Under the pieces are notes generated by a model. The model was not told the origin of the DNA. It made no database searches and saw nothing but the letters and a program-made list of their open reading frames with translations. Shown here one piece after another: positions 34,725-43,865 of a DNA stretch of 55,910 nt. The translations under genes and the position numbers were made by a program. Numbering within the stretch: position 1 is the stretch's first letter; each line of letters opens with the position of its first letter. Where the stretch lies: assembly GCA_964348385.1 (NCBI GenBank), contig CAYGCN010000004.1, positions 1-55,910 of the forward strand, read 5' to 3'. This DNA is from an uncultured Gemmatimonadaceae bacterium. GTDB lineage: Bacteria; Gemmatimonadota; Gemmatimonadetes; Gemmatimonadales; GWC2-71-9.

Positions 34725-36794
34725 CTACAACCTGAAGATCACCGCAATCGCGATGAGGACCAGCGGTTCGGACGTCTCGAGCAGTCCCATGCCGGCGGCC
34801 GTCACGACACCACCGCTTCGTACGACCTCCGCCACGGCCTCGAACGATCCGAGCGTCTCGCCGCCGGATTCGTGCATGATCATCGAGCCCTCGACGAGCC
34901 GGACCGTCGGCCCGTCCCGGAGCGTGAACGCCCGCCGTTCGTGATCGACCGACGCAATCACGCCTTCGAAGTACTGGATGCCCGGGGGCACGATCATGAA
35001 CGCGACTTTGCGCGCGAGCAGCGTAAGCGGATCGGTGCCCTCCACGACGCCGACCCCCGCGGCCAGCACAGCCTGGTGGTTCATCAACGCTTCGGCCACC
35101 GCCTCCAGGCTTCTGAGGGCTTGGGTGTCGTTGGAGGCAAACCAGACGACCGTGCCCTCGCCGATACGCACGATCGGCCCGCCCCTGAGCGTGAACGTGC
35201 GCGCCGCCAGATCGACCGACTCCACCAATCCGTGGAACGCCGTCACATCGGGCGGCGCACGGAAGAACACGATCTTCGTCGCAACGATCAGGGCCGCGTC
35301 CGCGGACACGGACACGGGCTCACCCACGCCGGCGGCGAGCACTTTGGTGCCGGCCGCCACGGCTTCCGCAACCGCCTCGAGCGACCCGAACCGGTCCGTG
35401 TCTCCCGTCTCAAACGAGATCTCGGTCCGAGCCGTCACGCGCACCGTGGGCCCATCCACCAGCACCACGAGGCTTTCGGGCAACTGCACCGCCTGCACCA
35501 CGCCACGGAACTCGTGCATCGGCGGCCGGCGCAGTACGAACACGATCTTCCGCGCGACGATCACCGGTGGCTCCCGCTGCTCCACCACGCCCACCCCGGC
35601 CGCGACCACCGTGTGCCCATCGGCGATGGCCTTCGCCACCTCCTCGAGCGACTTGAGCATGTGCTCGCGCTCGTCGTGGAATCCGATCTGCGTATCGTCG
35701 GTGAGCCGGATCGTGAGTCCCGGCTCGAGCAGCACCGAGCGGTTCTCGAGATTGACCGATGCGATCACGCCCTCGAAGTCCGCCAGGGGCGGCCTCACCA
35801 CCTCGAACACCACTGCAATCGCCACCAGGCGAAGCGGCTCGTGCCCTTCGACGACGCCGGCGCCCGCCGCCACCACGGTGAGCTCGGCTTCGAGCGCATG
35901 CGCGACCGCTTCGAGCGAGCCAAGGCGGTGCTCGTCGCCGACCTCGTACTTGACTTCGCTGTCGCGCACCAGCCGCACGATGGTGCCGTTGCGCAGCGTG
36001 AAGCTGCGTCGGTCCAGGTTCACCGACTGGACCACGCCCTCGAACCGCTGCACGTGGACGTCATCCCGCTCCTTCCAAATGCGGGTCAGCCCTTCGGATA
36101 TGCGCAGCTCGATCCGGAGTCCCATGAGCAGCACCCAACCGTCGGGCGGCGGCGGGTTGACGTTTCGCGCGAAGTTGTCCGTGTCGATGTTGAACACCAG
36201 AATGCGCCCCTCGCCCTCGCCACCGAGCAGCAGCCTCGCGGCCAGAAACGCGCCATCGTCCGGCGCTTGGGGGGTATCCGGAGGCGGCCGCATCGCCACG
36301 ACTGCGGGGTGGTGCCCCTCGGCGAGCGCCGCGGTCACCCGCGCGATAAACGTCTCCAGGTCCAAGGTCCCATCGGTTCCGAACACGCCGATCCCGGTCT
36401 CGCCCGTGAACTGGACTTGGAGGTCGCCGATGTCGAGCGTGAGCACGCCACCCGTGCTGGTGGGCTCGATGTGCGTGATGTGACCGTGAATCCGTTCGGG
36501 GGTGCCGAGCACCTCACCGGCCTTGATCGCGACCAGGCGAGCGAGCAGCCCTTCGCCGGCGAGCACGATCTCGACGCGCACCGCATCGCCCGCGGCCATC
36601 TCGCTCTGGAAGCCGAGCAGCGTGACGTCGTTGGCGAACGCCGGGAGATCATCGAGGCCATCCGGCCCGACCCCGGGGGTATCCGCACAGGCGGCGATGC
36701 CGAGCAAGGCGCCGACCAAGGTCAGCGCGCGCACGGCTTGGCTGACACGTGTACCGACCATGATGCCCTTCCTTGCGCTCCGGCGCCGAGACAT
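34725..36794 (-). CDS. Tandem-repeat lipoprotein (DUF5666-like repeats)
   Basis: The ORF track gives 34725..36992. ATG 36794 (GAGG 6 nt upstream) gives MSRRRSARKGIMVGTRVSQAVRALTLVGALLGIAAC (lipobox IAAC). The C-terminal two-thirds is five clear about 89-aa repeats, preceded by a degenerate one. Confidence 0.8.
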   Translation of the reverse strand: MSRRRSARKGIMVGTRVSQAVRALTLVGALLGIAACADTPGVGPDGLDDLPAFANDVTLLGFQSEMAAGDAVRVEIVLAGEGLLARLVAIKAGEVLGTPERIHGHITHIEPTSTGGVLTLDIGDLQVQFTGETGIGVFGTDGTLDLETFIARVTAALAEGHHPAVVAMRPPPDTPQAPDDGAFLAARLLLGGEGEGRILVFNIDTDNFARNVNPPPPDGWVLLMGLRIELRISEGLTRIWKERDDVHVQRFEGVVQSVNLDRRSFTLRNGTIVRLVRDSEVKYEVGDEHRLGSLEAVAHALEAELTVVAAGAGVVEGHEPLRLVAIAVVFEVVRPPLADFEGVIASVNLENRSVLLEPGLTIRLTDDTQIGFHDEREHMLKSLEEVAKAIADGHTVVAAGVGVVEQREPPVIVARKIVFVLRRPPMHEFRGVVQAVQLPESLVVLVDGPTVRVTARTEISFETGDTDRFGSLEAVAEAVAAGTKVLAAGVGEPVSVSADAALIVATKIVFFRAPPDVTAFHGLVESVDLAARTFTLRGGPIVRIGEGTVVWFASNDTQALRSLEAVAEALMNHQAVLAAGVGVVEGTDPLTLLARKVAFMIVPPGIQYFEGVIASVDHERRAFTLRDGPTVRLVEGSMIMHESGGETLGSFEAVAEVVRSGGVVTAAGMGLLETSEPLVLIAIAVIFRL
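34728..36044 (-). repeat. Five in-frame tandem coding repeats of about 267 bp
   Basis: Units start with FEGVVQSVNLDRRSF (36044), FEGVIASVNLENRSV (35777), FRGVVQAVQLPESLV (35510), FHGLVESVDLAARTF (35237) and FEGVIASVDHERRAF (34970). Each also contains ...L(G/K/R)SLE(A/E)VA...AAG(V/A)G... Confidence 0.8.
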
Positions 36795-36967
36795 CCCCGC
36801 CTCGTGACGCGGATGCAGCGGCCCAGCGCGGTGGAGTGAACTGATGCTTGCGCTGGCCCGAGCATACGGCGCGGCAGGCGTCACGTGCCATGACGCAGCC
36901 AACGTCGGAGCCGTGACCACGGTCACCGATGGCGCCCAAAGATCGAGATGACAACGACTTGGGCCCC

Positions 36968-37006
36968 AAAACGGAACGCCGCGCCCGGCCACCGGCCGGG
37001 CGCGGC
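36968..37006 (-). terminator. Rho-independent-type terminator after the FKBP gene
   Basis: Minus strand, 30 nt after the stop at 37037: GCCGCGCCCGGCC-GGT-GGCCGGGCGCGGC (perfect 13-bp stem) followed by GTTCCGTTTTGGGG. Confidence 0.6.
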
Positions 37007-37036
37007 ATCGTCACCCGAGTTCCCGTGGGACCCGAC

Positions 37037-37729
37037 CTACTTCTCGATCTCGATCAGCTCCACTTCGAAGATCAATGTCGATCCGGGGCCGCCCGGGCCC
37101 CCGCCCTCGCCGTACCCCAGCTCGGGCGGAAGCACGAAGCGGTACTTGCTCCCGACATTCATGAGCTGCACCCCTTCGGTCCATCCGGGAATCACCTGGT
37201 TCAGCGGGAACGAGACCGGGTCGCCGTCGTACGAGCTTTCGAATTCCGTCCCGTCCACCAGGGAGCCCTTGTAGTGCACGCGCACGTTGTCAGTCGCCTT
37301 GGGCTGTGGACCGGTCCCCTGGGTCAGCACCTCATACTGGAGACCGCTCGCCGTGGTGGTGACGCCGGCCTTCGCGGCGTTCTCGGTGCGATAGGCGTCG
37401 CCCGCCTCTTTGTTCTTGGCCACCTGCTCCTCCGCGTGTTGCCGTTGCGAGGTTTGCATCTGGGTGGCGAACGCCCGCAGGACGGTCATCGCCTCCTGCT
37501 GCGTGAGCGCGGCCTCGCGCCCCTCCGCCTGGTCGGTGAGCCCGCGCATGAGCTTGTCCATGTCGATCTGGTCGCGGACCTGTTCGACGGAGGCCCCCAT
37601 GTTCATACCGATCGCGTAACTTGCGCTGTCGGCGAACGACTCCAGGCGCACCTGCCGCTCCGAGGCGCATCCGCTCATCAGCGCCACGGCTGCCACGGCA
37701 GCCACACCCGTCCGAATCACTGTCATCAT
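37037..37729 (-). CDS. FKBP-type peptidyl-prolyl cis-trans isomerase (FkpA/Mip-like, secreted)
   Basis: 230-aa ORF. Signal/lipoprotein-like N-terminus (AAVAAVALMSGC), a helical FKBP_N-like region, then the FKBP core (GLQYEVLTQGTGPQPKATDNVRVHYKGSLVDGTEFESSY...PLNQVIPGWTEGVQLMNVGSKYRFVLPPELGYG). Confidence 0.93.
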   Translation of the reverse strand: MMTVIRTGVAAVAAVALMSGCASERQVRLESFADSASYAIGMNMGASVEQVRDQIDMDKLMRGLTDQAEGREAALTQQEAMTVLRAFATQMQTSQRQHAEEQVAKNKEAGDAYRTENAAKAGVTTTASGLQYEVLTQGTGPQPKATDNVRVHYKGSLVDGTEFESSYDGDPVSFPLNQVIPGWTEGVQLMNVGSKYRFVLPPELGYGEGGGPGGPGSTLIFEVELIEIEK

Positions 37730-37924
37730 CTCGTACCTCTGATTGGCCGCCGCACCGGAAGGATCCCTCGTCCAACTACCGGCTCGTCACGGGCTGAAAA
37801 GGAGGCTGCAAGATACCCAGGAGCGAAAGCGGGGCCAACGGCCCGCCCAATGTGACCCGCGCCCGGCGATGGCGGTACACTATACGGACGGCAAGATCAT
37901 CACGGGTCCGCGGGAGGATCGCGT

Positions 37925-38338
37925 ATGCCTCGAATGCAATCGGCGCTCGTGCTCGTCGCGGCCTTCGCGGCCCTCGCCGGCACGTGCCGCTCGGAGTTCG
38001 TCGGACCCCAGCTGTTCGGCACGTGGGGCGGCGAGCACATCTCCATGGAGATCTCCGCCGGTGGCGCCACCATCGAGTACGACTGCGCCCACGGTACCAT
38101 CGACGGGTTCTTCGTGATCGACGGGAGCGGCCGGTTCGACCTGACCGGGGTCCACGTGGTGGAGCCCGGCGGTCCGGTGCAAGACGGCGTGCCCCCGGAT
38201 GCCCATCCTGCGAGCTACGTGGGCCGGACCGACGGCCGGACCATGTCCCTGACCGTGACCATGACCGACAGCGACCAGGTCGTCGGCACGTTCGTGTTGG
38301 TCAAGGGCACCCAGGGTCGGGTATTCAAGTGTCTCTAG
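37925..38338 (+). CDS. Hypothetical secreted protein
   Basis: 137-aa ORF with signal peptide MQSALVLVAAFAALAGT and non-biased composition. Confidence 0.55.
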   Translation: MPRMQSALVLVAAFAALAGTCRSEFVGPQLFGTWGGEHISMEISAGGATIEYDCAHGTIDGFFVIDGSGRFDLTGVHVVEPGGPVQDGVPPDAHPASYVGRTDGRTMSLTVTMTDSDQVVGTFVLVKGTQGRVFKCL

Positions 38339-38356
38339 CTCGCCCGCGGGTCACCC

Positions 38357-38974
38357 TCACGTGAAGTCGGTACCGCCGATCAGGATGGCCAGGATCGCCA
38401 CCCACACGGCCGCCCCCGCCGTGGCCACCGCCCCCGGGTAGGACCCGAGCTTCGCGCCGAAAAACGCCCGGGTGTCGGTCGTGAACTCGAAGGGCAGCAC
38501 CTCGAGCTGCGCGGTGACCGCCACCCAATCTCCCCACCCCACCGCGACCTCACCAGTGAAGCCCGGCTCACGCGACGTGAAGGCGTCGTTGACGAGCAAC
38601 AGGCCGGGGGCGACGTCCAGCGTGAGCGTCGGCGTAAGCCAGTGCCGGTACCGAACGCGCGCACCGAACCGACCGTCGCCCTGGAATGCCCCGCCCAGGA
38701 GTACACCGCCCACCGCCGACCGCGACCCTACGTTGACCAACACCCCAGTCTGAAACGTGAAGTTGGCGTCGTCGTCGGTCGGCACGGAAAACGCGGCTCC
38801 GGCCTCGGTCACGAGAAAGGCCGAGCACCGGTCGTGAGGGCGCCCGTGAAAGCAGAACCCCTGCGCGTCCAGCGGGGCAGCAGTCATCAGGAGCGCCGCC
38901 ACACCGCTGAACCCGAGGAGTCGGTACCGAAACGGCGGACGAGTGGCGTCGTTCATCATTGCCTCCGGGCGCAT
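38357..38974 (-). CDS. Hypothetical secreted/membrane protein
   Basis: 205-aa ORF. Signal peptide (LLGFSGVAALLMTAAPLDAQ), beta-rich middle, C-terminal hydrophobic helix (GAAVWVAILAILIGG). Confidence 0.5.
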   Translation of the reverse strand: MRPEAMMNDATRPPFRYRLLGFSGVAALLMTAAPLDAQGFCFHGRPHDRCSAFLVTEAGAAFSVPTDDDANFTFQTGVLVNVGSRSAVGGVLLGGAFQGDGRFGARVRYRHWLTPTLTLDVAPGLLLVNDAFTSREPGFTGEVAVGWGDWVAVTAQLEVLPFEFTTDTRAFFGAKLGSYPGAVATAGAAVWVAILAILIGGTDFT

Positions 38975-39070
38975 GGTCTCAGTTTGATGCGGGCGTCTTG
39001 GCCACGCGAGTCCATTGTGGGTTTTGCCCGTTTCCCAGCCATACCCGGTGCGTGACCCCAGAATCCTGCG

Positions 39071-39736
39071 ATGAGGCGTCCCGCTGTTGCCAAACCCGAC
39101 CGAGACGCTTCCATTTCGAGGCAGGAAGTCGCTCGTTTCCCTACTCGACCGCTTCGGGGGTCATCTGTGCGAACCGCGTCGCTGATTGTGCTTGCCGCTC
39201 TGGCGGGGATCTCCGGAGCCGGGGCCCAGGATCTCTCCGCCGACCTGCAGATCGCCGGGGCCGTAAGCCCCCTCCCCGACAGCCTCAAGCCTGGCGCCGA
39301 GGTCCTTGGGTATCGGCAGGGATCGCTCGTCACGCTGCGGACGGGCACCAACGCCATGATCTGCGTGGCCGACGATCCCGCGACCTCGGGATTCCACGCG
39401 GCCTGTTACCATCGCTCCCTCGAACCGTTCATGGCTCGTGGTCGTGCGCTTCGGGTGTCGGGAGCGAGCCGCGCTGCGATCGACTCCGTCAGACTCGCCG
39501 AAATCCAGAGCGGCCAGCTCGCAATGCCGGACCACCCGTCCGCGCTCTACTCCGTGTTCCTGCAAGACGAGTTCGACCCTGACGCCGGGTTGCCCGTCGA
39601 CGCCCGGGGCCTCTACGTGATCTACATGCCGTACGCCACGGAAGAGAGCACCGGCATCTCCGCCACGCCGGCTCCGGATCGGCCGTGGCTCATGTTTCCG
39701 GGAACGCCGTGGGCACACGTGATGATCAGTCGTTAG
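39071..39736 (+). CDS. Hypothetical secreted protein
   Basis: 221-aa ORF. Probable start GTG 39167 (VRTASLIVLAALAGISGAGAQ). No family recognised. Confidence 0.6.
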   Translation: MRRPAVAKPDRDASISRQEVARFPTRPLRGSSVRTASLIVLAALAGISGAGAQDLSADLQIAGAVSPLPDSLKPGAEVLGYRQGSLVTLRTGTNAMICVADDPATSGFHAACYHRSLEPFMARGRALRVSGASRAAIDSVRLAEIQSGQLAMPDHPSALYSVFLQDEFDPDAGLPVDARGLYVIYMPYATEESTGISATPAPDRPWLMFPGTPWAHVMISR

Positions 39737-39814
39737 CAACTTTCGTGAGCTTGAGGCGTATCAACGGTCCGACGCGCGCCCTCACCCTCGACTCGACACG
39801 CCAGAGGAGCCATC

Positions 39815-40648
39815 ATGCCAGTCCGTTCCCGATCGTTCGCCCTCCTGGTCACCGTCATGACTGCGCTCCCGGCCTCGGCGCTCGGGCAGACACCGCAGGA
39901 GATCTTCGATCGGATGCTCAGCGAGTACGAGCGCCGTACGGCGGGTGTCGAGAACTACACGCTCATCCAGGACGCGATGGGCTTCGAGAGCGTCCTGTAT
40001 TTCGAGAAGGAGATGGTCGACGGGCGGCGTGTCCTGCGGCTCAAGCAGGCGAAGACCGGGGGGATGGCCATGCCGGGCACCAACGAGCAGGGGTGGGACG
40101 CGATTCAGCGCGCTGCCCCCGTCCTGGCCGCCAACAGCGAGTACCGCGGGCGGGACCAGCTTGGCGGGCACGCGGTGCATGTGATCGAGATGCGCGATCT
40201 CGACCGTGTCGACTTCGGGCAGGGCATGATTCCCAAGAATGCCAACTTCCGACCGCAACGTGGCACGCTGTTCGTGGATACCGAGCAGTGGGTGCCGCGG
40301 CGTGTGGAGTTCTGGGGCGAGATGCAGACCGACCGCGGTCCCGCCCAGATGCACAGCGTGGCGGATCTCAACGACTACCGTGAAGTGGACGGCATGCTCC
40401 ACCCCTTCCGAACCACCATCCGAATCGAGGGCCTGGGACAGGCGATGGACCCGGAAACCAGGGCGCAATACGAGAAGATGAAGCATCAACTGGCGGAGAT
40501 GCCGGAGGCGCAGCGTGCCATGGCTGAACGGATGATGAAGGGTCAGCTGGAACGGATCGAGAAGATGATGGGCGGTGAGGGGGACGAGATGACAGTGGAG
40601 CTGATCGTCAAGGAGTTGAGGGTCAACGCCGGTCCACCCACGCGTTAG
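39815..40648 (+). CDS. Hypothetical secreted protein (possibly LolA-like / lipoprotein-sorting-like fold)
   Basis: 277-aa ORF. AGAGGAG 5 nt upstream. Signal peptide FALLVTVMTALPASALGQ. The fold assignment is only a recollection-level resemblance. Confidence 0.65.
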   Translation: MPVRSRSFALLVTVMTALPASALGQTPQEIFDRMLSEYERRTAGVENYTLIQDAMGFESVLYFEKEMVDGRRVLRLKQAKTGGMAMPGTNEQGWDAIQRAAPVLAANSEYRGRDQLGGHAVHVIEMRDLDRVDFGQGMIPKNANFRPQRGTLFVDTEQWVPRRVEFWGEMQTDRGPAQMHSVADLNDYREVDGMLHPFRTTIRIEGLGQAMDPETRAQYEKMKHQLAEMPEAQRAMAERMMKGQLERIEKMMGGEGDEMTVELIVKELRVNAGPPTR

Positions 40649-40694
40649 CCGAGTGCCCCGGCCGGCCGCGCGGGCGCGGCTCTGACGGCCACCG

Positions 40695-41060
40695 ATGGGC
40701 GCCAAGTCCCGTCGGCGCGCGGCAGCCGGGGTTTCGCCTGGCCCGAATCACTACCACGTCTACGTGATCCGGCTCGACAGCGCCGTCGTCAAGCACAAAC
40801 CTTTCCGCGACGCCAATCCCGGGCACCATCCGCTCAAGGCGTGCGTGTACGTCGGGATGACGGGTCTCACGCCTGAGGAGCGGTTCCGTCAACACAAGCG
40901 GGGCTACAAGTCCGGGAAATACGTCCAGCGGTACGGCGAGCGGCTGCTGCCGCATCTCTACGAACGGTACAATCCGATGACGTACACCGACGCGGTCCGC
41001 CGGGAGCAGCAACTCGCCGCGCACCTCCGGAGCCTCGGTTTCGGGGTGTGGCAGAACTGA
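40695..41060 (+). CDS. Small GIY-YIG-like domain protein
   Basis: 121-aa ORF. HVYVIRLD ... CVYVGMTGLTPEERFRQHKRGYK ... resembles the GIY...YIG...R...H/K spacing of GIY-YIG nucleases. Its stop is 6 nt from the stop of the convergent kinase gene. Confidence 0.6.
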   Translation: MGAKSRRRAAAGVSPGPNHYHVYVIRLDSAVVKHKPFRDANPGHHPLKACVYVGMTGLTPEERFRQHKRGYKSGKYVQRYGERLLPHLYERYNPMTYTDAVRREQQLAAHLRSLGFGVWQN

Positions 41061-41066
41061 CGGGCG

Positions 41067-43535
41067 CTACGGACCCTGGCCGACGGTATCCACCAGCGCC
41101 TGATACCGCGGGTCGGTCCACAGCGGGCGGAACATCCAGTCGGAGGCGATATAGCCCTTGCGCTGAGGAAACGCCTCGAGAAAATCGGCCAGGTGCTCCA
41201 GCGCGGCATCACGATCACCCAAGAGCAACCGGACATTGGCTTCGAGATAGCTGACCCACGGCAACAGCGTCGTCGGCGCCTCCGATCGCGCGACACGCAC
41301 GAGTGCCTCCGCACTGTCGCGATCGGCCTCCCTCGCCATCACCGCGGCCATCCACAGATGACCCACGACTTCATTCGTGGTCCGCTCGGCTGCCGTGCTC
41401 CACTGGAGAAGGAGGTCATACAGGGCCTGTGCGCTGTCCGGCTCGAGCCGCGGTCCCTCACCTAGGGCTCCAAGGAACAACCCACACGCCGCGGTCCACG
41501 ACCGACCGGCAAACCGACGCTGTCCGATCTCGCACCACCGGGCGGCCTCCGTCACCTGGTCGAGATCCAGTGACGTCTGGTACAGGTTGAACGTGATCGT
41601 GCTCGCGTCGGCGAGGAAGGCGTCCTGCTCCAACGCCTGCTCGGCCGCCTCCTTGGCCTCGGCAAACCGACCCTCGACCCTCAGCAGCTGGCTCAACGTG
41701 GCCCAGGCGCTGGCCCGGCCCGGCTCACGGCCGACGGCGGCGCGGAGATCGGCTTCGGCTTGTCGCCGCAGCGACGGCGCGTTGACGCCGGCGCGACCCT
41801 CGGCCAGCTCGCTCATCAGTGAGCCCCGCAGCTCCAGGGCCGCGGGATCGTCCGGTGCCAGCCTCAGCGCCCGGTTGGCATGCGCGACGCCGACCGCCAT
41901 CCACACCGTGTCGGCGGCGCCCGGCACCGGGAGCCACAGGTCGGCCCGCGCTTCCGCGACCCATCCTCGCTGGATGATCGGCTCCACCCATCGGGAGTCC
42001 AGCCGCTCCGCACGGGCCAGCAAGGAGTCGGCGGCGACGAGGGCCACCACGGCGGCGGCGGAGTCTCCCGCGTCGCTCAGGCGACCGGCCTCTTCCTGCC
42101 GTTGGTCGGCCAGCTCGACCAGCTCCCAGGCCTCGACGTTCCCAGTGCCCGCCCGACGCTCTCGGAACCGGATCTCGCGGCCGAGGCGGGTACGCAGGAA
42201 CTCCGACACGGTCGACGTCAGCCGATCCTGCAACGCGAACAGGTCGGTGAGCGGCTCCTCGAGCACGCGACTCTCCAGGTGGGTGTCGGTGCTGGCATCC
42301 ACCAACTGCACGGTGACGCGCAGACGCTCGCCGGACTTCGCCACGCTCCCCTCGACGATTGTGCCGACCTCGAGCGCCCGCACGATGCTGTCGATCGGGA
42401 CCGAGACTGCCCGGAACGGTTTGACCCCGTTGCGGGAGACCACTTCCAGGGCGTCGATCTGGGCCAGCTCGTGGATCAAGCCCTCGGTCAGCCCGGCCGC
42501 GACGTGGCCTAGTTGACCGCCCTCGCTGTGATCGTCGAAGTAGAGAACGGCGAGGCGCGTCGGGGAGAACGTCGTGCTCGTCGCAGCCGGTGTGCCCGCC
42601 GGCGCGTACCGCCAGACGAGCCAGCCCACCGTCGCCACGAGCCCGACGAGCGCGGGCACCGTGACCCATCGCCGGTTCAGCCTGATCGGTGGCTTCGCTG
42701 CCTGGCGCGCGCGCAGTGCCGCCGCGAACCCGGACGCGGTTGGGAACCGGTCGGCCGGGACCTTGGCAAGCGCACGCTCGACAGCGAGTCGCACGCCTGC
42801 GGGGATCGTAGTCCGCACCGTCGCCAGCGACGGCACGGGGTCGATCGCGTGACGTGCCAGCACCGCGTGGGGTGTGGCACCGGAGAACGGCGGCTCGCCA
42901 CCGAGCATCTCGTAGAGGACGCAGCCCAGGCTGTAGATGTCCGCGCGGCTATCGATGTCCTCGGCACCCGTCGCCTGCTCGGGGCTCATGTAGGCAGGAG
43001 TGCCCACGGCGAAGCCCGTTTCGGTGATGCGATCGTCGCCGGCCGCGTACAGAGCCCGCGCCACACCGAAGTCCGACACCCTCGCATGTCCCCCGGAGAG
43101 GAGGATGTTCTCTGGCTTGATATCGCGGTGCACGACTCCGCGGGAGTGGGCGTACGCCAGCGCGTCGGCCACTTCATCCGCAATCTGCACCGCATCGTCA
43201 ATCGGGAGCTGCCGTTCTCGATCGAGCCGGTCGCGGAGCGATTCGCCCTCGACGAGTGGCATCACGTAGAAGAGGAATCCCTCCGCTTCACCCGAGTCGT
43301 ACAGCGGCAGGATGTGCGGGTGATCCAGGCCCGCCGCGATCTGGATCTCGCGAAGGAAGCGCTCCGGACCGATCGTCGCGCCCAACTCCGGCCGCAGCAC
43401 TTTTACCGCGACCTTCCGGTTGTGCTTTCGGTCGTCGGCGAGGTAGACCGTCGCCATGCCACCGGCACCGATCTCGGTTTCGATGACGTACCGGCCTTCC
43501 AGGGCAGCGCGAAGGCGCTCGATTTGCTCCGGCAT
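41067..43535 (-). CDS. Ser/Thr protein kinase with TM, TolB_N-like domain and C-terminal TPR region
   Basis: The ORF track gives 41067..43670; ATG 43535 gives MPEQIERLRAALEGRYVIETEIGAGGMATVYLA. Hanks motifs VAVKVL, HRDIKPENILL, DFG, SPE. TM (VPALVGLVATVGWLVW). Then RLAVLYFDDHSEGG...LRVTVQLVDASTDTHL (TolB_N-like), followed by TPR-like helices. Confidence 0.92.
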   Translation of the reverse strand: MPEQIERLRAALEGRYVIETEIGAGGMATVYLADDRKHNRKVAVKVLRPELGATIGPERFLREIQIAAGLDHPHILPLYDSGEAEGFLFYVMPLVEGESLRDRLDRERQLPIDDAVQIADEVADALAYAHSRGVVHRDIKPENILLSGGHARVSDFGVARALYAAGDDRITETGFAVGTPAYMSPEQATGAEDIDSRADIYSLGCVLYEMLGGEPPFSGATPHAVLARHAIDPVPSLATVRTTIPAGVRLAVERALAKVPADRFPTASGFAAALRARQAAKPPIRLNRRWVTVPALVGLVATVGWLVWRYAPAGTPAATSTTFSPTRLAVLYFDDHSEGGQLGHVAAGLTEGLIHELAQIDALEVVSRNGVKPFRAVSVPIDSIVRALEVGTIVEGSVAKSGERLRVTVQLVDASTDTHLESRVLEEPLTDLFALQDRLTSTVSEFLRTRLGREIRFRERRAGTGNVEAWELVELADQRQEEAGRLSDAGDSAAAVVALVAADSLLARAERLDSRWVEPIIQRGWVAEARADLWLPVPGAADTVWMAVGVAHANRALRLAPDDPAALELRGSLMSELAEGRAGVNAPSLRRQAEADLRAAVGREPGRASAWATLSQLLRVEGRFAEAKEAAEQALEQDAFLADASTITFNLYQTSLDLDQVTEAARWCEIGQRRFAGRSWTAACGLFLGALGEGPRLEPDSAQALYDLLLQWSTAAERTTNEVVGHLWMAAVMAREADRDSAEALVRVARSEAPTTLLPWVSYLEANVRLLLGDRDAALEHLADFLEAFPQRKGYIASDWMFRPLWTDPRYQALVDTVGQGP

Positions 43536-43640
43536 CGCCTCTAAGATAGGCCGCGGTCCACAACGAGCTACCTCGACCTGGTTTTCAGTGCCCCGTACGG
43601 GCTCGTATGTTGGAGGATCACTCACTCCGGAGACACCCGC

Positions 43641-43862
43641 ATGCCGGGTCCGGTGTTCGGCCTGGTCCACCGCTACGCCCGACGGCTCCGCTACCCCAAA
43701 CTGCTGGCGCTGACGGCCGTGTTGTTCGGCGCCGATCTCGTGCTCCCCGACGTGCTGCCGTTCGTGGACGAAATCCTCCTCGGACTGCTGACCGTGCTAT
43801 TCGGCAGCCTCCGGACGCGGCATCACGAGTATCGGGAACCGACGGGGGCTGGGGAGGGTTAG
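43641..43862 (+). CDS. Hypothetical small membrane protein
   Basis: 73-aa ORF with two hydrophobic helices (LLALTAVLFGADLVL, ILLGLLTVLFGSL). Sits 3 nt before the next gene. Confidence 0.5.
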   Translation: MPGPVFGLVHRYARRLRYPKLLALTAVLFGADLVLPDVLPFVDEILLGLLTVLFGSLRTRHHEYREPTGAGEG

Positions 43863-43865
43863 CCG

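Noticed and set aside
34500-36839. Very long ORFs antisense to recognisable genes. Examples: 779 aa at 34500..36839 (+), 924 aa at 27410..30184 (+), 594 aa at 19192..20976 (-), 619 aa at 14467..16326 (+), 604 aa at 25336..27150 (+), 515 aa at 23563..25110 (+), 377 aa at 54654..55787 (+).
   Set aside because: These are shadow ORFs typical of high-GC DNA. Their translations are dominated by Arg/Pro/Ala/Gly/His runs with no motifs. The opposite strand encodes proteins with clear family signatures and G/C-rich third positions.
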